The position numbers and the translations under genes were made by a program. A DNA stretch of 46,221 bases from Candidatus Doudnabacteria bacterium (GTDB taxonomy: Bacteria; Patescibacteriota; Doudnabacteria; UBA920): assembly GCA_016788665.1 (NCBI GenBank), contig JAEUSF010000001.1, positions 1 through 46,221 of the forward strand, written 5' to 3'. This document shows, piece after piece, positions 18,181 to 26,414 of the stretch. The stretch's first letter is position 1, and each line of letters begins with the position of its first letter. The notes under the pieces are model-generated. The model was not told the DNA's origin, made no database searches, and worked only from the letters and a program-made list of their open reading frames with translations.

Positions 18181-19207
18181 AGTTTAGCAATCTATTTATA
18201 TGTCTTATGACTTTATATATTTTATATGCAAACACATTTATTACAACGTCCCACGCTCCCGCATACACAACAACCCCCTTACTTGAATTATTAAACCCCA
18301 TTTTAAACTTTACAAACCCAGGAGAGTCTCCTTTGGAAGTCTCAATGCCCCAGAAATCGTATTCCGTCAGGCCATTTTTTTTAGCATCTCGCATGGCAGT
18401 AAAATGAAGTAGATACGGGGCCATTAAATTCTTTTTATTTTCAGATGACCCTCCAAACAAATAAGTACGTCTATTACCAAAGTCCAAGATTATTGCGCTA
18501 GCCAGAAGACAGTTTTCATGCAAAGCTTTATATATATGGAGCTTAATGTCTCCTGTGTTGTTCTGGATAGCAAAATAATTTACCAGTTTTTTAAAATAGT
18601 CCTCCCCTTGAGACTTATAGCCTTGCCGTTTAGCGGTGTTAAAAATTAATTCAACTGCCTCCTTGGCAAAAATACCTTTACCATTTACTAAGTGGAACTC
18701 GTCGACTATTTTAACATTATGTTTTTCCGCAAGACGAATATTATAACGTGTTTTATGATGCATATTAGCCAAAATTTGTTCTTCTGTTTGGCTTAAGTCT
18801 ATTACCAAAGTCTTGCCTGGCTGAATGTTGGCACTCTTAGTGACGGGTGATGGGTAACGGGTAACAGGTAAAGAAACCTTAGGCTCAATTCGTACAAAAA
18901 CCGCATCTTTAAATTTACTTCTGATTTCATGTAGTAACTCGTCACTCTTCACTAGTAACTCGTCACTATCTATTGGTCCATAAGGACAATACCAATAAGC
19001 CCTACCAAAAGGTAGCGGCATTTTTATCAGCTGCATCATGCCGACCACCTTACCTTCTTCCACAATCTTAAACCGAACAACCTGACGCCCTAAAACAGAC
19101 TGCCAATCGCCCCAACTCCAAGACTGTAAAAAAGAACCAGCTTCATTGTTGGCGACAAATTGATTATAAAAATTTTTTTCTTCTAAATTAACTTCTTCTA
19201 GCTCCAT
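18179..19207 (-). CDS. FemAB-family peptidoglycan interpeptide-bridge aminoacyltransferase
   Basis: N-terminal FLQSWSWGDWQ motif and the overall length typical of FemX/FemAB-family proteins. Confidence 0.85.
   Translation of the reverse strand: MELEEVNLEEKNFYNQFVANNEAGSFLQSWSWGDWQSVLGRQVVRFKIVEEGKVVGMMQLIKMPLPFGRAYWYCPYGPIDSDELLVKSDELLHEIRSKFKDAVFVRIEPKVSLPVTRYPSPVTKSANIQPGKTLVIDLSQTEEQILANMHHKTRYNIRLAEKHNVKIVDEFHLVNGKGIFAKEAVELIFNTAKRQGYKSQGEDYFKKLVNYFAIQNNTGDIKLHIYKALHENCLLASAIILDFGNRRTYLFGGSSENKKNLMAPYLLHFTAMRDAKKNGLTEYDFWGIETSKGDSPGFVKFKMGFNNSSKGVVVYAGAWDVVINVFAYKIYKVIRHINRLLN
18840..18874. repeat. heptamer array GTGACGG GTGATGG GTAACGG GTAACAG GTAAAGA inside the FemAB-like gene
   Basis: Five period-7 units, translated on the minus strand as SLPVTRYPSPVTKS. 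Confidence 0.85.
18931..18972. repeat. 21-bp direct repeat x2 inside the FemAB-like gene
   Basis: AGTAACTCGTCACT occurs at 18933-18946 and 18954-18967. It is translated as DSDELLV KSDELLH. Confidence 0.85.
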
Positions 19208-19338
19208 TTTCTACAAATTTCTAATTGACGAACCAATCCCGTCTGCCAACTTTTTAATAGTATATTTAATAACAAACCTCTTTATATAAATATTGCTCGA
19301 AGCAGGCAAATAATTATTCTAAATAATAATTTTTTAGG

Positions 19339-19899
19339 CTATTTCCCAAGTAATTTAAGAGCCTCTTTTATTTGTTCACCCGTTGACTTTGACGCATCTA
19401 GTTTGTGTATTATGGTCCTAATTTCGCCCTGCTTATAGCCTAATGCAATAAGAGCGTCAAAAACCTCACCCGTTGTCCCCGACGAAGAATCAAGAGAAGA
19501 AAACTTCCCAACTTTGCTTTTTAATTCCAAAATAATTTTTTCTGCAGTTTTAGTACCAACACCCGAAATTCTGGTAAACACACCCACATCCTGATTTGCA
19601 ACCGCCGACTGCACCGCCTCTGCTCTAGAGGCTGAAAGTATAGCTAAGGCCATTTTTGGTCCTACGCCGCTAACTGTTATTAACATTTCGAAGAACTGCA
19701 AAGTTTTAAAGTCAGGCAAACCAAAAAGACTCTGTTCATTTTCGGCCACTTTTAAGTAAGTAAATATTTCAAGCGGTTCCCCAATCTTTTTTTCCAAAAT
19801 ATCAGGAGTAACAAAAACTTTATAGCCCAACCCTTGATTTTCCAGTATTAAAAAACTGGAAGTTTTTTCAATTACCCGGCCTTTTATGTAAGCAATCAT
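19339..19899 (-). CDS. ruvA: Holliday junction branch migration complex subunit RuvA
   Basis: N-terminal MIAYIKGRV, HhH motifs SGVGPKMAL and ISGVGTKTAEKI, and a C-terminal domain III. Confidence 0.93.
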   Translation of the reverse strand: MIAYIKGRVIEKTSSFLILENQGLGYKVFVTPDILEKKIGEPLEIFTYLKVAENEQSLFGLPDFKTLQFFEMLITVSGVGPKMALAILSASRAEAVQSAVANQDVGVFTRISGVGTKTAEKIILELKSKVGKFSSLDSSSGTTGEVFDALIALGYKQGEIRTIIHKLDASKSTGEQIKEALKLLGK

Positions 19900-19931
19900 G
19901 TTACCAATAAATAAATTCTTTAATCAAACGT

Positions 19932-19960
19932 ATTTTAGCAGTGCGTGGAGATATTGACAA
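19932..19960 (-). promoter_or_regulatory. candidate ruvA promoter TTGTCA-17-TAAAAT
   Basis: Reverse complement of TGACAA at 19955-19960 and of ATTTTA at 19932-19937. Confidence 0.45.
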
Positions 19961-19980
19961 AAACCCTCGTATAATATAGA

Positions 19981-20392
19981 ATGTTGGAACTTTGGAAACC
20001 TGCACGAGAGACAACGTTCAAAAGACGAGCGCAGGTTTCCATGAAGGGCGGGATCGTCCTCCGCTTTCCCGCCCTTCTGCAAAGATTTCAGTTCGGGAGC
20101 CGCGACTGGTCCTTTATCCCTTCGAGGACCATAAACCGCGGCCTCCCAGCCGAAGAAGTCCTCGAGCCCAGCTCGGACACTTCGGCACCCAGAGCCGCTT
20201 CGGCGACAACATGCACATTTCCCTTTCGCTCTCTTTAGGGGAACAGCACGTCGCCGAAGCGGCCACAACTTAAACGAGGAATTCATCTTTCAAAAAAAAG
20301 ATCTGTTAGCGTCCCTTCATCCAGATGAATCCCTCTCCTTGCGGAGGTCGGACATGGCTTAAAACCAATTCCGACCTCCGCTTCTTTCGTTA
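19981..20392. ncRNA. G+C-rich, helix-dense non-coding element (unclassified structured RNA or uvrB leader)
   Basis: Contains at least 9 perfect or near-perfect inverted repeats of 6-14 bp. The only ORFs are mutually overlapping and not protein-like. There is a sharp G+C jump relative to the flanks. The terminal hairpin 20341-20352/20370-20381 is followed by TTCTTTCGTT on the plus strand. Confidence 0.6.
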
Positions 20393-20419
20393 ATAAGTCA
20401 ATGTTATAAAATGTTAGCC

Positions 20420-22471
20420 ATGCAATTTAAGTTAATTTCAAAATTTAAGCCTTCTGGAGACCAGCCTCGCGCAATCGATGGACTGCTTAAGTCTATAAAA
20501 GAAAAAAACCGCTACCAAACTCTTCTTGGAGTAACCGGTAGCGGCAAGACTTTTACCATGGCCAATATTATAGAAAAATTACAAAGACCGGCTTTAATAA
20601 TTTCTCACAACAAAACTTTAGCCGCTCAACTTGCCAGCGAGTTTCAAGAATTTTTTCCAGATAACGCTGTGCACTATTTTGTTTCCTATTATGACTACTA
20701 CCAGCCGGAAGCCTACCTACCCCGCTCCGACACATTTATTGAAAAAGAAACCCAAATTAACGAAGAAATTGACCGCCTAAGAAATGCCGCAACCCAAAAC
20801 CTGCTTTCCCGCAAAGACGTCATTATTTGCGCTTCAGTTTCCTGTATATATGGCCTTGGAAACCCGGCTGACTACTTAGACTTGTCTATTTATATAAAAA
20901 AGGGCGAAGACTATAAGCGAGACAAGCTTATAAGAAGACTTACTGACTTACAGTACAAAAGAAACGACCTGGAATTACAAAGAGGTACTTATAGAGCACA
21001 AGGCGATGTATTAGAAATAATACTCTCTTCCGAAGACACAATAGTTCGTATGGACTTTTTTGGCGACACCTTAGAAAGAATAGAAAGACTCGATGCGGTT
21101 TCCGGACACTTAATAGAACCTCTGGAAGAATTTACAATTTTTCCCGCTAAACACTTTGTTACTCCGGAAGATAAATTAAAAAATGCTGCCGAAAGCATTC
21201 GTAACGAACTTATAGATAGGTTAAGGCTATTTAAGTCTCAAGGTAAACTTCTAGAAGCACAACGTCTAGAACAAAGAACCAATTTTGATTTGGAAATGCT
21301 GCAGAATACTGGCTTCGTCTCAGGAATAGAAAACTATTCAAGACACATGGATGGACGAGCTGCCGGCGATCCACCCTCAACTCTAATAGACTACTTCCCA
21401 GACGATTTTTTACTGTTTATAGACGAATCACACCAAACCATTCCTCAAATTGGAGCCATGTACGAGGGGGATAAATCTCGTAAAACAACTTTGGTTGACT
21501 ATGGTTTTAGACTCCCTTCAGCATTGGACAACAGGCCTCTTAAGTTTAACGAATTTATTGGCAAAATTAACCAATGTGTTTTTGTCTCAGCCACTCCTGC
21601 GCCCTTTGAAATACTTACAACGGCAAACCAAAAAACTCCCAAGCCATCCCCCGACCTTAAATTAGAGGTTGCTAAAATCAAACCAACAAAATCTATAGTT
21701 GAGCAGCTTATCCGTCCAACAGGACTCCTTGACCCGACCATAGAAATAAAACCCATAAAAAACCAAGTAGATGACCTGGTAGAGCGCATAAAAGAAAGAA
21801 TATCAAACCACCAGCGTATTTTGGTTGCAACCCTAACCAAACGCATGGCAGAAGAATTAACCGAATATTTAAAAGAAGAAGGCATAAAAGTCCAGTATGT
21901 TCATAGCGACGTTGACACCTTCGATCGACTGGAAATTTTGCGTGACTTAAGATTGGGTATTTTTGACGTGCTTGTCGGAATCAATCTTTTACGCGAAGGA
22001 CTAGACTTACCCGAAGTATCTTTGGTTGCCATTCTAGATGCAGACAAAGAAGGCTTTTTAAGAAGCGAAACCTTTTTTATGCAAATGATGGGCAGAGCCG
22101 CCAGACACTTAGAAGGCCATGTTGTTATGTACGCTGACCGCATAACAGGCTCCATGCAAAGAGCTATAGAAGAAACCACACGTAGACGCAAGGTCCAAGA
22201 AGCTTATAACAAAAAACATGGCATAACTCCAAGCGGAGTAAAAAAAGCTATCGCAGACTCTAGGCTCGCCGGCAGTAAACACGAAGTTTTGGACACAACA
22301 AATAGGGACCGTGACCCTATGAAAATGAACAAAGAAGAGCTCAGGTTTTACATAAACGAGCTTGAAGAACAAATGGATTTGGCTTCAAAAAATTTGGAAT
22401 TTGAAACCGCTGCTAAAATAAGAGACAGGCTAGCTGAAATAAAAACCCTAAAAAGAATAAAGAAAAGTTAA
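20420..22471 (+). CDS. uvrB: excinuclease ABC subunit B
   Basis: N-terminus [19 protein letters not shown], Walker A GVTGSGKT and the C-terminal UVR domain ([23 protein letters not shown]). An alternative ATG lies at 20411. Confidence 0.96.
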   Translation: MQFKLISKFKPSGDQPRAIDGLLKSIKEKNRYQTLLGVTGSGKTFTMANIIEKLQRPALIISHNKTLAAQLASEFQEFFPDNAVHYFVSYYDYYQPEAYLPRSDTFIEKETQINEEIDRLRNAATQNLLSRKDVIICASVSCIYGLGNPADYLDLSIYIKKGEDYKRDKLIRRLTDLQYKRNDLELQRGTYRAQGDVLEIILSSEDTIVRMDFFGDTLERIERLDAVSGHLIEPLEEFTIFPAKHFVTPEDKLKNAAESIRNELIDRLRLFKSQGKLLEAQRLEQRTNFDLEMLQNTGFVSGIENYSRHMDGRAAGDPPSTLIDYFPDDFLLFIDESHQTIPQIGAMYEGDKSRKTTLVDYGFRLPSALDNRPLKFNEFIGKINQCVFVSATPAPFEILTTANQKTPKPSPDLKLEVAKIKPTKSIVEQLIRPTGLLDPTIEIKPIKNQVDDLVERIKERISNHQRILVATLTKRMAEELTEYLKEEGIKVQYVHSDVDTFDRLEILRDLRLGIFDVLVGINLLREGLDLPEVSLVAILDADKEGFLRSETFFMQMMGRAARHLEGHVVMYADRITGSMQRAIEETTRRRKVQEAYNKKHGITPSGVKKAIADSRLAGSKHEVLDTTNRDRDPMKMNKEELRFYINELEEQMDLASKNLEFETAAKIRDRLAEIKTLKRIKKS

Positions 22472-22557
22472 GACAACCAGATAAAGTTTATTTTATTTTA
22501 AGGTTCAAAATTTGATTATTCTCAAACCCCTTAACCCCATGTCAAGTCCCCTATGTC

Positions 22558-22585
22558 TTGACATAACGCTTATGTAAGCTAAAAT
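22558..22585 (+). promoter_or_regulatory. promoter TTGACA-16-TAAAAT
   Basis: TTGACA at 22558-22563 and TAAAAT at 22580-22585. The -35 lies in the inverted repeat ATGTCAAG/CTTGACAT. Confidence 0.5.
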
Positions 22586-22660
22586 ATTTTGGTAACATTA
22601 CCGTCCTTCCTATGGGCCGGTTTTTGTTTCTAAAACATCTACAACTACAAGGAGAGGGAA

Positions 22661-23314
22661 ATGCTCTGGATGACTCTGGTTATGAGCTTTTGCGCCTTCG
22701 GCCAGGAGCCAACAAACCACGGAAGCGCGCCGGTCTCAAACTCTTTCTTCCGCTGGCAGGCGCCGGCGGTTGCAGTGGAAGTGTTGGGATCAAGTGCATT
22801 TAGCCGGCTGTCGGCTTACGCGCAGTTCGGCAAACTGCGTCTGACAGGCGCCACGGTGCGCTCGGAAGGCCATAGCTTTCAGCAGATAACCACAGGCTGG
22901 GTCTTCGCTCCTCTAAAGAGCGAGGAAACCGAGTTCTTTATTGAACCCTTCGTGGGTTCCGCCTTGACTCGGGAAGGTTCCAGGCTGGCAGCAGGAGGGA
23001 GGTTCGTATACCTCTCTAAAAATTGGTTCCTCGAAAACTGGACCACCAAGTACGGTGGTCACAACGGCTGGACTAACTGCGAACCCCTCATGGACGTCAT
23101 GAGACACGTGGGAAAAGGGTTCTATGTGGGAGCAGCTTCCAGCTGCTACGTTGGAACCGAACACCACGAAGAAAAAGCCGAGCGTCATGCTCACTTTTTT
23201 GCGGGACCCGGCATGCTATACCGGCGAGGGAACCTTGACGTGGGAGCTTCGTACGAGTTTCAACTAAGAGGCAACCAGAAATTCTGGGCGGTATTTGGCA
23301 CCTACACATTTTAG
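22661..23314 (+). CDS. secreted beta-barrel-like protein, G+C-rich (paralog of 39329-39862)
   Basis: SD AAGGAGAGGGAA before the ATG. Signal peptide MLWMTLVMSFCAFGQE. Alternating hydrophobic pattern and a C-terminus ...FWAVFGTYTF that ends in Phe. Confidence 0.7.
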   Translation: MLWMTLVMSFCAFGQEPTNHGSAPVSNSFFRWQAPAVAVEVLGSSAFSRLSAYAQFGKLRLTGATVRSEGHSFQQITTGWVFAPLKSEETEFFIEPFVGSALTREGSRLAAGGRFVYLSKNWFLENWTTKYGGHNGWTNCEPLMDVMRHVGKGFYVGAASSCYVGTEHHEEKAERHAHFFAGPGMLYRRGNLDVGASYEFQLRGNQKFWAVFGTYTF

Positions 23315-23499
23315 TGAGCCAACCGCTCGCTTAAGGACTTTAAAGTTTGAAACATAACTTAGAAGTCCTTTTTTATTTGGGCTTGTTTTTTTTAGTGAAT
23401 TTTGCTAAAATCATTTTATCTTACAAACCAATTCGGGTGTCGCTGAGTTGGCCAAAAAAGACAACTAACCACTAAATACTAGCTCCCAGCAACTAAACC

Positions 23500-23772
23500 A
23501 TGCCAAATACTAAATCTGCCATAAAAGCAGCTCGCCAAAACATAAAACGGCGTGCTCAAAACGTCTTAAAAAAAGACGCGTTAAAAGCCGCGGTTAAAGA
23601 AGTTAGAAAACTTATAGCCGCTGGCAAACAGTCCGAGGCTGCCGCTGCCATGAAAAAAGCCATGAAAGCTTTAGACAAAGGCGCCAAAGGCCGAGTCATT
23701 CACAAAAATAAATCCTCCAGACTAAAAAGTCGCTTGGCAAAAGCGATTACAAAAATAAAAACCGTCGCGTAA
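23500..23772 (+). CDS. rpsT: 30S ribosomal protein S20
   Basis: MPNTKSAIKAARQNIKRRAQN is a typical S20 N-terminus. The protein is 90 aa and basic. Confidence 0.95.
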   Translation: MPNTKSAIKAARQNIKRRAQNVLKKDALKAAVKEVRKLIAAGKQSEAAAAMKKAMKALDKGAKGRVIHKNKSSRLKSRLAKAITKIKTVA

Positions 23773-23790
23773 GCGATGGTTTTTATTTTT
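23761..23790 (+). terminator. rho-independent terminator of rpsT
   Basis: Stem ACCGTCGC/GCGATGGT followed by TTTTTATTTTT. Confidence 0.7.
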
Positions 23791-23802
23791 GTATATTACA
23801 GA

Positions 23803-24810
23803 TTACTTAATTAGATTCACAACCAATCCCACCATAACTTCTTTTTCTTTTGGATCACTCTCAGCAATAAGCAAAGCCAGTGCAGTTAAAGTATTATCAT
23901 TTATTTTTCTCTCACCCCTTTTGTCGTACAAAAAATTATTTTCCACCAAATAAAGCAAAAAAGTTAAGGCGCCAATCCGCTTGTTTCCGTCAACAAAAGG
24001 ATGGTCCTTAATTAAAAAATATAAAAGATGCGCGGCTTTTTCTTCCACAGAAGGATACAGGTCTTTCCCCGTAAAAGTTTGGTTTATATTGCCCAAAACT
24101 GCCTTAAATTTGTTCCCCACTTCCTGACCAAATAAACTCCCCGCTTCCTTTTGACTTACAAGCCTCTGCTTAAATTTAGAAATAGAGCCGAGCAAAGTTT
24201 CGTAATTCAAAGCCGGGCCTGCTCTTTTACTTAAACCTTCCAAACTTAGCTCGCCTTTGTCATAAGCATTTAGCAAAAACCACGTATCGGCATAGTCAGA
24301 AATTATGCTAAGCAGCTCTTTTTCATAACCCTCTAGTCGTTTTGAAGCAACAGCTTTTTGAATAAGCTTATGAGCACTCTCTAGCTCTTTTAGCTTTACT
24401 TTTAAGTTTTTTAAATCCTTCAGGCGTTCTTCATTTATAGCAAAGCCTTTTAATAAGTAATCCTTAAGTCTTTTAGTAGCCCAAATACGAAACTGGGTTG
24501 CCCGAGCAGAGTTTACCCTATACCCAATAGAGATAACCATATCCAAGTTATAGTATTCTACTCTTCTCTTCACGTCTCTAAGCCCCTCTTTTTGAACTAT
24601 TTCCAAAATGGAAACAGTTGATTTTTGGCTTAGTTCAGCGGACTCATAGATATTTTTTACGTGCTTTGAAATTGCTGCTTTTTGAACACTAAAAAGCGCA
24701 GCTATCTGATTTTGAGTCATCCAAACTGTTTCTCCGTCAATTTGTAAAGACAGCTCGGGTCCACTAACAGCCTTATATATTATAATTTCACCTTTTTTTG
24801 TTTCTTCCAT
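23803..24810 (-). CDS. RhuM-like N-terminal domain fused to a Fic/Doc domain
   Basis: The N-terminal block QNQIAALFSVQKAAISKHVKNIY...ISIGYRVNSARATQFRIWATK resembles RhuM-family virulence proteins. The C-terminal Fic/Doc motif is HPFVDGNKRIGA. Confidence 0.85.
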   Translation of the reverse strand: MEETKKGEIIIYKAVSGPELSLQIDGETVWMTQNQIAALFSVQKAAISKHVKNIYESAELSQKSTVSILEIVQKEGLRDVKRRVEYYNLDMVISIGYRVNSARATQFRIWATKRLKDYLLKGFAINEERLKDLKNLKVKLKELESAHKLIQKAVASKRLEGYEKELLSIISDYADTWFLLNAYDKGELSLEGLSKRAGPALNYETLLGSISKFKQRLVSQKEAGSLFGQEVGNKFKAVLGNINQTFTGKDLYPSVEEKAAHLLYFLIKDHPFVDGNKRIGALTFLLYLVENNFLYDKRGERKINDNTLTALALLIAESDPKEKEVMVGLVVNLIK

Positions 24811-24827
24811 ATATTTTTATATTAAAA

Positions 24828-24855
24828 ATATAACTATACGTTTGTATAGTTATAT
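24828..24855. promoter_or_regulatory. 12-bp-arm perfect palindrome upstream of the Fic/Doc gene
   Basis: ATATAACTATAC GTTT GTATAGTTATAT. TATACGTTT is also directly repeated, at 24835-24843 and 24858-24866. Confidence 0.45.
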
Positions 24856-24883
24856 GGTATACGTTTATTCACCCAAAGTCAAT

Positions 24884-25219
24884 TTATTTTGCAGATAATT
24901 TAGCCAAAATCTTCTCTTTCAATTCTTCCATAGTGGAAATATGATTAAGCTCGTAAGCGTCCATAATCCTTTGCAAACCATGCGGATGTTTTATAAAAAC
25001 TGCCGGCAGCTCAGTTCCAGCGGTTTCAGGAAACTCTAAGAAAAAATCTGGCCGATGATAAAAATCTATATCATAAGGCAAATCTTGGACTAAATCTTTA
25101 TGCTCACTTTCAAGCTCAGCCAAAGAAGGATTTTTTTGGTATCTATGCAAACGTTGCGCAGCAAGCTCAAAAACCGTAGCGTTACCATTGTAAACAAAAA
25201 TTAATTTAGGGTTTTCCAT
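24884..25219 (-). CDS. hypothetical 111-aa protein, translationally coupled to the upstream HD-domain gene
   Basis: ORF with a 2-nt gap to the HD gene stop codon. No motif was recognised. Confidence 0.55.
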   Translation of the reverse strand: MENPKLIFVYNGNATVFELAAQRLHRYQKNPSLAELESEHKDLVQDLPYDIDFYHRPDFFLEFPETAGTELPAVFIKHPHGLQRIMDAYELNHISTMEELKEKILAKLSAK

Positions 25220-25221
25220 AT

Positions 25222-25887
25222 TTAAAATTTATATTTTTTTAATTCTATCACAACCGGAGCCAAACTCTCTTCTGTAATATACTCGGGCAGAGTTTTAGTG
25301 GTTGTAAAAATTTGTTTTTCAATTTCGCGCAGCAATTGCTCAAACTTAAGCCGGTCATTTTCTGTCCCACCAACAGCCAATCTCTTGGCTTCATATCTGG
25401 ACCGCAAGTCGGCAAACCTTTCCTCCAAACTCGCCACCCCTCTGGGTGTTACCCGCATATCTGCATAAGCACATATTTGTTTACCCAAATCACCCGAATT
25501 TAAATTACTTTCTGCTTGGTTAAAGCCCACGCAATCAACTAATTCTTCAATCCTTTTTTCTACACCCAACTCCTTTACAATTTGGATAGTCGCGCTATGC
25601 TCATCTTTTCCGTAAATACTTATGTACTCTGTCTTAACTTTTTGCCAATAGTCTAAATCGATACCAGTATTTACAAGCGACACAGTTTGAGCAAAGTCGA
25701 ATTTTATAATATTTCCCATATCATGGAGCAAACACGCGAGCACTACATCCGCTTTTTGCTGGCCTGAAAACACCCCCAATTCAACAAGTTTGCCAGAAAT
25801 TATACTAGCCACTGCCGCCACCCTAAACTGATGATCGGCCAATTGCGGCATAATTTTGTATTTTTTATATACTTCTAAAATTTCCAT
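25222..25887 (-). CDS. HD-domain phosphohydrolase family protein
   Basis: H...RVA at the N-terminus and the LLHDMGN motif. Confidence 0.75.
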   Translation of the reverse strand: MEILEVYKKYKIMPQLADHQFRVAAVASIISGKLVELGVFSGQQKADVVLACLLHDMGNIIKFDFAQTVSLVNTGIDLDYWQKVKTEYISIYGKDEHSATIQIVKELGVEKRIEELVDCVGFNQAESNLNSGDLGKQICAYADMRVTPRGVASLEERFADLRSRYEAKRLAVGGTENDRLKFEQLLREIEKQIFTTTKTLPEYITEESLAPVVIELKKYKF

Positions 25888-25923
25888 AAAACGTTAAAAA
25901 TTTAAATCAGCTTATATTATAGC

Positions 25924-25948
25924 AAAAACCCGCCCTTAAGGCGGGTTT
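25924..25948 (-). terminator. rho-independent terminator after the 90-aa ORF
   Basis: Stem ACCCGCC/GGCGGGT, followed by a U-run in the minus-strand sense (AAACCCGCCTTAAGGGCGGGTTTTTGC). Confidence 0.65.
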
Positions 25949-26002
25949 AAATATAAAACACGTTTTTAAATTTTTTCACTTTTTTCCCTAAGTTTTAATT
26001 TT

Positions 26003-26275
26003 TCAAGCGAATCGTAATTCCAGTCCACGCTGCTCTTTTATTTTTTCTAGTTGATATCTAAAAGGTTTGTACATAAAAAGCTGGAATTTACCCAAGTATT
26101 TTTTTAAATCCGCCCTTACATCATCCGAGCTTTTAATATGTTTAACTTCTATTTTTTTGTTAAACCCCATATTGCCTAGCACAAAAACCCCTGGGGTTTT
26201 TGGCGTGACTAACTTTTCTATGTTGGAAGGATTAAGAATATAAGGCTTAAACCAACCTTTATTTTGCTTTTGCAT
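26003..26275 (-). CDS. hypothetical 90-aa protein (weak GIY-YIG-like N-terminal pattern)
   Basis: Strong SD GAGAGGGGGTGTGGA before the ATG, with its own promoter-like TTGACA...TATACT and its own terminator. The pattern PGVFVLG...VKHIKSSDDVRADLKKYL is only loosely GIY-YIG-like. Confidence 0.5.
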   Translation of the reverse strand: MQKQNKGWFKPYILNPSNIEKLVTPKTPGVFVLGNMGFNKKIEVKHIKSSDDVRADLKKYLGKFQLFMYKPFRYQLEKIKEQRGLELRFA

Positions 26276-26345
26276 TCCACACCCCCTCTCTGTTTCTTAC
26301 TTATAAAGTATAATTTTAGAGTATACAATCGTACACCTTTTGTCA

Positions 26346-26390
26346 AGCAAAAAATACCTCTAAAAGCTTTACCAAAGAGGTATTTTTTGT
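26346..26390 (-). terminator. rho-independent terminator of polA
   Basis: Stem ATACCTCT/AGAGGTAT with a T-run on each side. Confidence 0.65.
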
Positions 26391-26414
26391 TTTATTTACT
26401 ACATAACAGTTTTT

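Noticed and set aside
19924-20286. ORFs of 120 aa (minus), 85 aa and 93 aa (plus) inside the G+C-rich ruvA-uvrB spacer
   Set aside because: They overlap one another in different frames. They have no SD and arginine/serine/proline-heavy, low-complexity composition, and they coincide with dense perfect stems. They are best explained as chance ORFs in G+C-rich non-coding sequence.
19981-20392. The G+C-rich element as RNase P RNA, tmRNA, SRP RNA or a cobalamin riboswitch
   Set aside because: No GAGGAAAGUCC / ACAGAAnCCGGCUUA core is present. There is no tRNA-like T-arm or CCA end and no plausible Ala-resume tag ORF. There is no GGAAGCAGC helix-8 motif and no GCCACUG B12 box. This was only a by-eye check from remembered consensus sequences, so a covariance-model search is still needed.
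21600-21700. A ~20-aa insertion in UvrB ([26 protein letters not shown]) as another repeat-element insertion
   Set aside because: Only a 10-mer (ATCAAACCAA) is shared with the polA insertion, and I could not see a clear period-7 structure or a hairpin. The evidence is too weak to report as a finding.
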